A DNA stretch of 44,990 nt, filler included, from Jimgerdemannia flammicorona (taxonomy: Eukaryota), in NCBI GenBank assembly GCA_003990765.1. It is 2 parts of 2 records of this genome, joined end to end, with 100 filler letters (N's around TTAATTAATTAA, not from the genome) between each part and the next. Parts side by side here need not be neighbours in the genome. Positions count along the whole stretch, not along the records: positions 22,547 to 44,990 come from RBNJ01001279.1; 1 more part is not named here. The stretch is one strand, 5' to 3'. The position numbers were made by a program, and so were the translations under genes. The notes beneath the pieces were generated by a model. It was not told where the DNA came from. It searched no databases and saw only the letters and a program-made list of their open reading frames with translations. Positions within the stretch are counted from its first letter, which is position 1; every line of letters starts with the position of its first letter. Positions 33,983-44,990 of this stretch are shown here, piece after piece.

Positions 33983-35924
33983 ACTTGGTTGTAGTGGATT
34001 ACTAGCCAAGAAGGTACTAAGAACACACTTCTAAGAAGTTGGAACAAGACCAACCTTGGTCAGAAGTAAACTTCAGAACCAACTGTGGATCTCCAAACCA
34101 GAGCTAGAGAAGTCCTTCCTATTAGGACCAGGTGGTACCAGGAACCCACAGACCCAGGGACCTACTAGCTTGTAAATGACTAGGCTTACAAGGATCTATA
34201 ACCAGGCCTTTAGGGCTTACCACCCAGGGCTTAGGAATATAGTCAGCCATCATAGGTTCTATGAACTTCTCTGTAAACATATTGGAACCACTAGGACTCC
34301 AGAATCTACTACTGCAGCCACCCAGAATTTTCTAGATTATATCACCACCTACTGCAAGAGAAGCAGCTGCCAAGTGGATTACCTCTGATAGATATCATCA
34401 TACCCCTACCAAGACCTCCCTCTACTACAGACTAGTTGTATACTATGCCTCTGCCATAACCAGGTACAAGAACAAGCAAGCAGGGCATCCATCCACTACT
34501 GCTGAACAAGGAGCAGATCCATCTACCTAGCCAGAAACTAATATCCTCTTTAAAGGACCTAGTCAGTATGAGAACACACTCTCTCATCAGAGAAGGTAGT
34601 CAGATGAAGACCCTACTAGTTATCAGTCTAACGGTAGTTAACTAGGAACAGCAGGTCTAGGAATTTATCAAGGAATCACAGATCAAGAAGATCAGACCCC
34701 AGAACCAATCCAGCCACCTATACAGAGGTTTGGTTTACCCTTTCTCATGGGACTCTTTGATCTTATATCTGGGAATCAAGTAACCCCAAGTCATATAGCA
34801 CTACAACTCCATCAGAAAAAACAATCTTCAGGAGAATCTACCCCCACAGAACCACAATCAATAGTCAATATAATAATAGATGCCAATATTGCAGTACTGA
34901 CTACCCAGCTAGCCACACTAGCATGGATAGTAGGGCAGATTGCTGAACAGAAATAGCCAACCAAGATCTTGCAGATCCCAACATTCAGTGGAAAAAACAG
35001 TGACATCAAAAACTTCATTAATGTAGTTGACACAGATTACCAAGTAAACCAATGAAATGACAAATGAGTGCCTATAGGAATGCTTATGAACAATCAGAAC
35101 AATTCTCTTCAACAGCTATTTGTCACATCAGTAGCACAAGTAGAAACAGTAGCTACATTCTTCACTGGAACAATAGCTGAATTCTGGCGCACCCTAGAAT
35201 AATACCCAATAACCTGGGAAAACTGCCCTCAAGTCAATGAACAAGCACCTGCCAACAATAGACCAGGTTGGGATGACTATAAAGTAGGCCCAGGACTCAA
35301 GGCACTGCTACTGACCAAATTCCAAAATATGGCCTACATACAAGAAACTTGAAACAAACTGTCCCAGATGAAGTTCCACAAGAATGGTAAGGAGGATCTA
35401 GAGACCTTTGCCACCAGAATGAATGCCTACCTCAAAACCATTGGACTTACCTATCAGGAGAACAATTTGGCCATCAATAGTACTAGAGCCAACCATCTCT
35501 TTGGAGCCCTACCAGACGGACTCATCCAGAAAATCAAGGAACAAGGTCTTCTCTAAGGATGTCCCCACTATTCATAGTACTTTGCCCAAGTACAAAGAAG
35601 AGCCGGCAAAATCCTTGCTACATAGGCCCTATGAAATCAAGAACACAAAAAAGATAACCAAGATAGGAGAAATCCCACTAGGAGAAATGATCAAAGAAGT
35701 GACCAAAGGAATGATCAAAGGAACCAGTGAAACTCCAGAGGACCATGACCTCTTACTGAGGATGAAAAGAAGCAGCTCCATGAAAAGGGATTGTGCTTCA
35801 TCTGTAAGAAGGTAAGATATATCTCATTCAAATGCCCTGAGAAGAGAAACAGATCAGGTGAACCCAGTAACCAGAACATTACTATTATTGGAGAAGGTCC
35901 AGGAAAGAAAAACTCCAAGAATGT

Positions 35925-36338
35925 CATCAAAGTATAGAAAATATAGTACAAGGCTATCATCCCCACTAAGGCTCACTCCACTGATGCTAGATATAACCTC
36001 TACAGTAGCCAAGACCTCACTATTCCACTAAGTACCAATGCTACAGTGTGAACAGAAATTGCAATACAAGCTCCCAAAGGTATATATATCCATCTAGCTA
36101 AGCAAAGCAGTCTAGCCAAAGAGTTCAACATTGGGCTAGGAGGAGGAGTAGTTGGCCAAGGATTTACTGATGAAATCCATGTCATCTTGTGAAATTTTGG
36201 AGACACATCATTTGAAGTTAAAACAGGCCAAAGGATTGCCCAAGCAATTATTGAAGAAATCTATCAAGATCTCACTATTGAAGAAGTTCCCGAGCTCTCC
36301 CAGACAGACTATGGCAAGAAAGTGTTTGCATCAACCAA
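35925..36338 (+). pseudogene. dut: Trimeric dUTPase domain in family 2 (between Gag Zn knuckle and protease)
   Basis: PTKAHSTDARYNL, QSSLA, GGGVVGQGFTDEIHVIL, GQRIAQ, TDYGKKVFAST. Confidence 0.85.
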
Positions 36339-39300
36339 CAAACCTCCCAATCAAAAGGTCACAACTATGAAGGAAGATGATGAAAACTGGTACAAGAGAA
36401 TTGCAGATGGTTATGCACTATGTGGATAATGCCCTCATACTATCTGAATGTACTACATGGAATATATTAGTGAATGCCATGCATGCCTCTCCAAAGTTTT
36501 CAAAATTCAATCTAAGAAGTACCAAGCCCAACAGACTGAGGAACCCAAACAAGACTACCCTCCTTGTGAAAGATGGGAAGAAACTGACTTTGAGGAGACT
36601 GACAGCAATTGGGATAACAATGAAGATAAAGAGCTCAACATCATCAAGAAGAAGGACAGTTGCAATAAGTTCACAGGCCAAGTCTACAAACAGAATGTCA
36701 ATGTCTTGCTTGATAGCAGTACTACTGGAAACTATATCAGCACTAAGACTGCCAAGAGGATTGGAGCCCAAAGCAGATCAGCTACTGAGAAAAGAAGTGT
36801 TACCTTTAGTGATGGTAAGACTGCACCACTGACCAAGATCTGTGAAGATCTCTAGCTCAAGATTGGCAAATATCAAGAGAAGTTAAACTTCAGTATTATA
36901 GACCTCCCAGGATAAGACATTATCCTAGGAAAATGCCTGGTTGACCCAGTATAACCCAGATATCATCTGGAGAACCAATGAGGTTAATCTGACCCATGAA
37001 GGCAGAAAGATCACCCTGATACCCCAGGAAGGTACCAATTATCAATCCAAATGAAGAGACTCTCTTGAAAAAAAGAAAACACCTACTTCATCTGTACTGT
37101 ACAAGAAGTCACTAAAGCTACAAGTAGTCCAATTTCAACAGAAGCTCAAGAACTATTTGAAGAATTCTAAGATTTATTCCAGGACCCTCAAGGACTTCCA
37201 CCCAAGCACCAAATCGAACATAAAATTGATCTTATTCCAGAATCTGAACCCCCATACAAGAGTATCTATCAACTGGCCCAACCTGAACTCAAGACTCTCA
37301 AGGATGAGTTGACCAAACTACTGGTCCAAGGATATATTGAACCCAGCCACTCTCCATTTGGAGCCCCCATTCTATTTGTCAAGAAGAAGGATGGCCCTCT
37401 GCAAATGTATATTGACTACAGAGCCCTCAACAAGATCACCATTAAGAATTAGTATGCCTTGCCTAGGATTGATGAGTTGTTGCACCAAATCTTTAAGGCC
37501 AAGACCTTCTTCCTACTAGACTTGTGAAATAGCTATCACCAGATTCTTATTGATGAGAAGGACATTGAAAAGACAGCTTTCTGAACATGGTTTGGATACT
37601 ACCAGTTCTGAGTCATGCCTTTTGATTTGACCAATGCACCAGCAACAGTCCAATATTTGATGAATGATATCTTTAGACCACTCCTCAATATCTGTATCCT
37701 GGTATATATTGATGATATACTAATTTACAGTGAAACAGTAGAGTTACACTATACCTACCTCAGACAGATGCTGATTCTTCTGTGAGAATACTAGCTCTAT
37801 ACCAAGATGAGAAAGTATAAGTTCTATCAAGACCAGATCAAGTACCTAGAACATATCATCTCTGCTGAAGGTATCAATGTAGATCTCTGAAAGATATCAG
37901 CCCTCAAGGATATTCCTATCCCTACTACCCTCAAGCTACTTCAGTGCATTCTGGGTATTGTCAATTACTACCAAAAGTTTATCCAAGGATACTCTGCTAT
38001 TGTAGCCCCATTGATCAGTCTGGTTGACAAAGGAGTAAATATCAAAACTAAATAGACCCCCAAATATATCCAGGCTATGAACTATCTCAAGAGACTCCAT
38101 ACCAAGGTCTCAGTGCTAATTGCACCTAACCCTACTAGACCATTCACTCTGACTACAGACATCTCTGACATTACCATTAGGGCAGTATTCAGCTAAGAAG
38201 ATCACCCAGTGGCCTATCTTTCCCAAAAGCTCAAGCCAGCTGAGACTTAGTATACTACCCATAAGAAGAAACTTCTGGCCATTGTTACTGCACTCCAAGA
38301 ATAGTACTATTTCCTCCTAGAACAACCTACACTGACTACTATACTCTGTAGTACATTCATATACAGCCCATACTGACCCACAGACAAGCCCACTGGATGG
38401 AAATCATTGCTAATTTTGATATGAAAATCAAGTATATTCCAGGCAAAACCAACCATGTGGCTGATGGGTTCTCTAGGTATATGGAAGATGAACTTATCTT
38501 CATGGTCAAGATAATTGGAGACCTTATCCAGATAATCAAGGGTAGCTATCAGCAAGATAGCCCCCTGATGAAATTTCTTCAATTCTGCCAAGACCCAGAG
38601 GCCAAGGTCCCAGAACTCATGAGGCAAATGTTCAAGAGATTCACTTACTATGATGGACTTATCTACAGAGACTATGACAGAGTGGTTATATTCAATAATA
38701 ATACTCTGCAACTCAAGATCATGCAGGAACTCTAAAATACTCCTACAGTAGGATACTTTGGTTTTGAGAAGACCTACAATCTCCTCTCAAGAGAGTTCTA
38801 CTGGGCAAGAATGACCAAAGATATCAAAGACTTTGTGGCCTCATGTGAAATGTGCCAAAGATTCAAAAGTGATAACAAGTTACCAGCAGGACTTCTACAA
38901 CCTCTGCCTATCCTAAGCCACAACTGGGATCAGATTGCAATAGACTTTATTGTTCAGCTCCCCAAGACCAAGGCAGGATGGGATACCATTGTGGTATTCA
39001 TGGACCACCTAAGCAAACAAGTCCATTTTGCACCCACTAAGACCACTGCTACTGTACCAGAAATTGCCAAGATTTTCCTCAACCAAGTATTCAGGCTATA
39101 TAGTATGCCTAGTACCATTGTATCTGACCAAGATGCCAAGTTCACAAGTAACTTCTGAAAGGCATTCTTTTCTCTCTATAGTACTAAGCTGAAGTTCTCT
39201 ACTGCCTATCACCCTCAGACTGATGGTCAAACTGAGTGAACCAACAGAACCCTCAAGCAGATGCTTAGCATCTTCTACTATTACAGGCAGAATGATTGGG

Positions 39301-40657
39301 ACAAGTACCTAGCCCATGCTAAGTTTGCCTATAATAATAGCCAGCAAATCTCTATGAAGAAGACTCCATTCTTTCTGAACCATAGTCAACACCCAAGGAC
39401 CCTGAGTACTACTGCAAAATCAGTATTCCCAGCAGCCCAAGATCTAGCCGAGACCATTTTTGACCTTATCTGAATAACAAGAGATGCTCTCATAGAAGTA
39501 CAGAACTATTAGACAAAGTATGCAAACTTGAAGCAAAGAGAAGTCTCCTATAAATTGGTGACATAGTCATGCTCAGAACAGATTACCTCTACCCAGACAC
39601 TCTAGCACAACAATCTGCCAAGAAACTCCATATTAGAAGAATTGGACCATACAAGATTGTGGAAAAGGTCAGCAAAGTCAACTACAAGTTGTAACTTCCC
39701 TATAATATCTGAGTACACTCAGTATTCCATATCAGCCAATTAGTGGACTACTATGAGAACCCATTCCCTGAGTATACAGTTCCACCTCCATCCCCAATTA
39801 GGATCAATGATTATGAGGAATTCGAAATTGAGGAAGTACTTGACCACAAGATCTGCAAATACCCCAAAACAGTCAAGTGGTTTTTCCTCATCAAGTGGAA
39901 GGGTAACCCCACCCATGATGCTACTTGGAAAAAGGAAAAAACTCTAGAGAATGCATGCAAAGCCCTCCAGGACTACATGGAAACAATCACTCCCCAGCAA
40001 AGAAAGGAACTATAGCTCTAAAGAATTAGAGCACCTATTAAACAAGATACTACTATTTTATCCGAAATATATAATACTAAGTATTGCAGAAAAAGGAACA
40101 CTATATAATTAATAAGAAGACACTCAGGTGAAGGACAATCTAGCATAGTACAGCAAAATACATTTAAACAACTCCATTTCATGCCATTTGTATCATCTCT
40201 GCTGGATGATGATGAATGCTTCATATGGTACTTAGGAAAGCTGACAATGTTGAAACCAATCTAAGCCTATCCACATGACAGATATTGTTATTAGAAATTG
40301 TCTCAGATTACAATAAATGCTATTTCTGAGAGATTCAAACCTCTAGCCATAACAATAGGAGCTCTCACCCTAGACAAGAGTGGCTAGTCCTTACAAATAT
40401 ACTAATCAGACAAAAAAAAAAGGAACCAAGACCTGTTAACTCTGTGTAACCCTGACTACAAGTGACAATATCTTTGAAATCAGGATTTTCTCATGTGATC
40501 AGCACATACCCCACTTATAGCAATAGATTATACATTTTGCTAGAAAGCATAATCAAAAGAAGGTCACACCAGATAGGTGAATAAGTATAAATACCCAAGG
40601 CATAAACACCTCACAACCCTCATCTCCATCTCCTCACAAAGAAAAGACAAGACAAGA

Positions 40658-40917
40658 ATGCCTGCTACCTGCTGCCAAACTGCCCACCATAGTCAGCCCC
40701 TCTTAAGCCAGATTGACTGCCTTTTTGAACACATCCAGGTTGCTATCCAAAGAAGGAACCACGCCCTTAATCTCTCCAGCCTGGACCTAGGACAGTATGT
40801 TCTTGACCACTGTAAACTCATTAAAAGGGCCTACCTTGCCACCAGCCATCTAGAGATCTGAAATAAATATGAAATCAGCCACCAGCTTCTGTAACATATA
40901 AATGGCCTAGGGAGTCC
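40658..40917 (+). pseudogene. Family 2 ORF3, N-terminal part
   Basis: ATG at 40658, TATAAA at 40586; MPAT..QT...LSQIDCLFEHI...RRNHALNLSSLDLGQYVLDHC...ATSHLEI*NKYEI, homologous to 27218-27450. Confidence 0.75.
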
Positions 40918-41149
40918 TTTTTTCGGACCCATTTTGCCTTTCAGGTTTTTAAGCCTGGAAGCCTTCTTTTGCAAAGGGCTACATGCAATCCAGAATAAAT
41001 CTGGAAGCGTAAGTATTAGGAAAAAGCACCGAATCCCGGAGCATATTTATACTTGCCATTAAAATTTCATTTCTACAACGACCGAGACAGTCACATGACT
41101 CCATTTATTTGGCGCTGCGTAAACGCCGAATTCACACCAGTGTAGAACA

Positions 41150-42634
41150 ATGGTTGAGCAATCCGAAAGTGGTCTTAGTCTCAAGGACGACATTGCCTCC
41201 ATCTGGAAGGACCCGATCTATCATGATGTTTCCATCGTCTGTGCTGACGGTGTTGAACTTGGCGCATGCCGTGCTATACTGTCTTCAAGGTGTGAACGGT
41301 TTAGTTCCTGTTTGTTTCCAACACATTTTCTACGCACTGACAACATGTAATATCTTACAAGATGCCCAGTTTTCAAGGCAATGCTCTATGGAAACATGCG
41401 AGAGGGATCCTCTTCCCACGTCATCCTCAGTGACATCACCTCCGTGGTGCTCAACATCGTCCTCGGCTTCATTCACACCGAAACCATCGACATAACCATT
41501 TCCATTGCAGTCGAAATATATCGCGCTGCAAGCTTTCTCCTCCTCCCGGCGCTCATGAAGATGGTACTGGTGCGCGTGCACGATCTCGTTGATATTGGTG
41601 TCGCCTCCTCGCTTCTCAACGAAGCCGTCGCCGTCATACCGTGGAGCGAAGCCAACAATGACCTCTACGACGCACTCCTCAGCCATTTCCGCGACCACAA
41701 GCTCGCCATCGGTGAGCTGAATGATCTCTCCGAAGAATCTCTCGAGTTGCTCCTCACCGAGGAGATCACTCTTTCCACGCCAGAGCACGACCTTTTACTC
41801 TGTGTCGTCGACTGGGTCTGGGGACGCAACGAACGCGCTCCGTCGGCTTCGGAGCGCCGTGCCATTCTACATGACATCAACAATATGGTTGCGGGGTGCG
41901 AAGGAAAGGTCCGGCTAGGAGATGGTGCGTCGCGCGTTTTGCTGCTCAAAATGGTGAGCCACTTTGACCTCAGTCATGTTTGCCCTCATCGACTCAAGAC
42001 CCTCACAGAGGCAGTTGACACTTTCGCGGAGACCTCTCCACATTACATGGCCTTTTTCCATCACGCTTGCGAAAACACCGTATGCTCTACGGGTCATCCG
42101 TCCGTAAGTCGCGCAGAGGCGCTTCACAGTGCCGAACTTCAGTGGGATCGATCCAAAGTTGGTTCTCAAGTGATCATTTCCGAAGATGGCAAGGTTGTCG
42201 AGATTCCAACCGTGAACCAGTGGCAGACAGCAAGGATTGCCATCCCCGGGACGAAGGTTGTCGGCAATCTCTACGAATGGGCCATCGTCGTCGAATCCAT
42301 TGGAAGCAGCCACAATATGGTTGGGCTCGTTGGAGAGGGATTTTCATATTTTGATAACCACATGATAAACAAGCCGTATGCTTGGGGATTTTATTCTGAT
42401 GGCGGCGGCCAATATACATTTGATCCTGTAGGGAATAAGAATCTAAATTTCGGCAAACAAATTCAAAATGGCGATATCGTAACATTGCTTTTCAACCAAA
42501 ATGACCATACCTGTGCCGTTTCAATCAACGAATTTAATTACGGGACAGCCTGGAGCAATCTCCCTGACAAGGTATACCCTGCCGTGTCGTTTTACTCAGG
42601 AAGCAAGTGTCGGATCCAAGAGCGTCGAGGCTGA
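41150..42634 (+). CDS. BTB/POZ - BACK-like - SPRY(B30.2) protein, 470 aa; exons 41150-41289 and 41362-42634
   Basis: 72-nt GT..AG intron (CTGAC branch) restores DVSIVCADGVELGACRAILSSRCPVFKAMLYGNMRE (BTB); LSTPEHDLLLCVVDW (BACK-like); YEWAIVV, MVGLV, AWGFY, GDIVTLL, VYPAVS (SPRY). Confidence 0.88.
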
Positions 42635-43009
42635 GTGATGAGATTTTGGATAGTTAAATATCTCATAGTTTAGCAAATGAAGTATCATAGTATTGTTGTA
42701 ACATTTTAGTGAGCATTCATTTTTGTCGTATGTCTTATCTTTAGTAGTTATGTCTGACATGTCGTCTGCCAACCAAATATTAACATAATATATTATTTTA
42801 TACTGTTGGCGTATGATTTGATTAATCCGAAATCAGTGACGCCAAAATTTAATCGCATACTTTATACTCTTTAGCCTTTCTTTCAGAACCAAATGAGCAT
42901 CTTCAATGGATGGTTGAATGGTTGATTATTATCATTATTATTATTATTTCAATATCAAAGGAGTTCTTGAATTTGATATAAAACAAACACAGCTACGAGT
43001 TATTGAAAA

Positions 43010-43850
43010 GTATACAAAAATAACCAAAATGAAAAAATTAAATAATAGAAATAAAGAAGAATTGGTTCTTTATGAATAAATTGTTAGATCAGCTGCTATT
43101 TAATATATATATCAGAAATAGAGATATCTTTATCAAAAATATTTAGTTTGGTATAAAATTCATTTTTATTCCAATATTCATTTTTTAAGCTATTGATAAA
43201 AAATAATATAAAATCAAATTTAATTAATCTATTGAAACAAATTTTTAATTATTTGCTTATTTTATAAATACATATATATTAATAATATTACAATATTTTT
43301 ATTTATATAATTATATTTAACAAAAAAATTAATTTAAATATTACTTTAATATATTAATTTAATAATATCAACTAATTATTAATAATACAGATATTGATAG
43401 AATTATATTAATTATATTAATATATATATATTAGTTATATAATATTTCAATTCTTCTACTGTATAAGATATAAATTTAAAATAAATTACTAATTGTTATA
43501 AAATATAGAAAAATAAAAAAAAAATATAAATTTTCTACTCTGTAAATCTTTAAAAGTAGTATATCAAATAAGTTAAATCTGACCTAATTTAAATCTATCT
43601 TAATCAAACTTAAATCTATCTAGAACATATTTAATCTAGATACTCAAATTTAATCTTAATTTGAAAATAAAATTAACCAATTTAGAATTAAAATAATTAT
43701 TATCAGTATTTTATTTAATTTATGAATATTTATTCTTATTTAGAAAACTAGGTAAACTATATTCATCAAATTAAAAAAATTCTAATATTAAGATTTTATT
43801 AAATTTATATAAATATTTATAGAAATGTTTCTTTCTCTACTATCTTACCA
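43010..43850. repeat. Extremely AT-rich eroded sequence
   Basis: Near absence of C/G, no CpG, no ORF. Confidence 0.45.
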
Positions 43851-44990
43851 GTTATAAGATTTGGTAGATAATCTTCTAAGTTCACTTTCTATAACTATTA
43901 TACCCTCTATCTTGGATTGGTTTACTATACCTGTTGCAGGATAGTGGGAGAGAGGCAATGGTGATGAGTTGCCTCTTTATTGGTATCAGATCAGTATCTT
44001 CTTAACTTTTTTGTAATTTTTGGTATCTTTGACTACATCTGGAGTATATCTGTTTTGGTGCAGTACTATTTTTCTTTTACTATTATCAACAAGATATCAT
44101 CTAGAGTATCTTGGGCTATATATAGAGTTGGCTGACCTTGAGTGCCAAGTGCTAGTATAGGTTATCTGCAGGTCTCTGGTATCTGTGGTGGGGCCCTCTG
44201 AGCTTTGGTAAGCTTCCCAGTGAGTATAGTTCTAGTATACGTACTGCTTTTTAAGTAGTATCAAGATGGGAGAGAAGATGGTCATCACAAATAGGAGAAA
44301 GAGTAATTATGGTAAACCAGTAGAGTACTAGGCTGAAAGCAGTCATTAGAGCTGGGGTGAGTATTGCATTGATGGGATCTTCTGATTAGTACAGGGCAGT
44401 TAGGTGGTAGGTATTACTCTCAGTCTCTTTTGGTGATTTGTGGGATTGGGCCTCAGTTGTTGGGAGGGATCAGGGGGCCCAAGGCTATCTATTTCAGGTA
44501 TCTTACTATACTTAACTAGAACTGGAAGCTAAAATAGTAATGTGATTGAGGCCCGTAGGCTTGAGTAGTGAAGTATTGGAGATCTTCTCCTACCTCACAT
44601 ATAAGTCCTCTACTTATCTCAACTGAGAGATCCAGGCTCTACTCACTGTTCTGTACTTTGATAGAGGTTTTACTTTGCCTATCACTCTCTTTGTAGTAGT
44701 AGAAGCTATATAAATCAGCTTGGATGTAACCTTGTATATATGTTGGGGTTTCAGACATCTGCCCAAAGTATGTATCTGTTGCTCCTTAGTAGTAGGAAGA
44801 GTATGGTATATAGAATGAGATGCAGACAACTTTACCCTACTGCACCTAGTATAGTTAAGCTGCTGGATAATAGCTAGCCTAGATTTAATAGGAGTGTAGT
44901 GCTTGGTGAGTAGTAGGGGAGGGTTTTGGCTATATAGTCTAGGTTCTCTTTCAATAAAATCCACAGAACTTCAGATCTATTAAAAAAAAA
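43850..44990. mobile_element. CpG-depleted repeat-like relic, unassigned
   Basis: Same mutational signature as the identified TEs; no domain recognised. Confidence 0.35.

Larger units (their letters stand above)
33983..40917 (+). mobile_element. Gypsy family 2 (chromovirus) internal region: gag - dUTPase - domain X - PR - RT - RNase H - IN - chromodomain - ORF3 (5' part)
   Basis: [117 protein letters not shown]...FLIKWKG...ATW. Confidence 0.95.

Noticed and set aside
44614..44964. 116-aa minus-strand ORF
   Set aside because: Non-ATG start, eroded composition and no recognisable domain.

Overview
Eukaryotic, fungal DNA: GT-AG introns with CTAAC/CTGAC branch points and a Zn(II)2Cys6 gene. An early-diverging Mucoromycota-like fungus is my inference only. 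The window is probably two unrelated ~22.4 kb contigs (22,446 and 22,444 bp) joined by an artificial N44-TTAATTAATTAA-N44 linker at 22447-22546. Host genes retain CpG: a tandemly duplicated C-terminal Zn-cluster gene (second copy a pseudogene), a PDK/BCKDK-family kinase, a 4-exon SAM methyltransferase and a 2-exon BTB-BACK-SPRY gene. Most of 12.5-40.9 kb is a nested pile of CpG-depleted, C>T/G>A-eroded retroelements: an L1/Tx1-like LINE, Ty1/copia remnants and two different Ty3/gypsy families. The main find is that both gypsy families carry the same three accessory parts in different arrangements. These are a dUTPase (PR-X-DUT-RT in family 1, Gag-DUT-X-PR-RT in family 2), an unrecognised ~49-aa Cys/His-patterned domain X next to the dUTPase, and a ~260-aa extra ORF ('ORF3') with its own TATA box in the env/nef position. 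A 5-bp TSD and a 5-bp inverted microhomology show that family 2 inserted into family-1 gag and that 30.1-40.9 kb was later inverted. All alignments were done by eye; no database searches were run.
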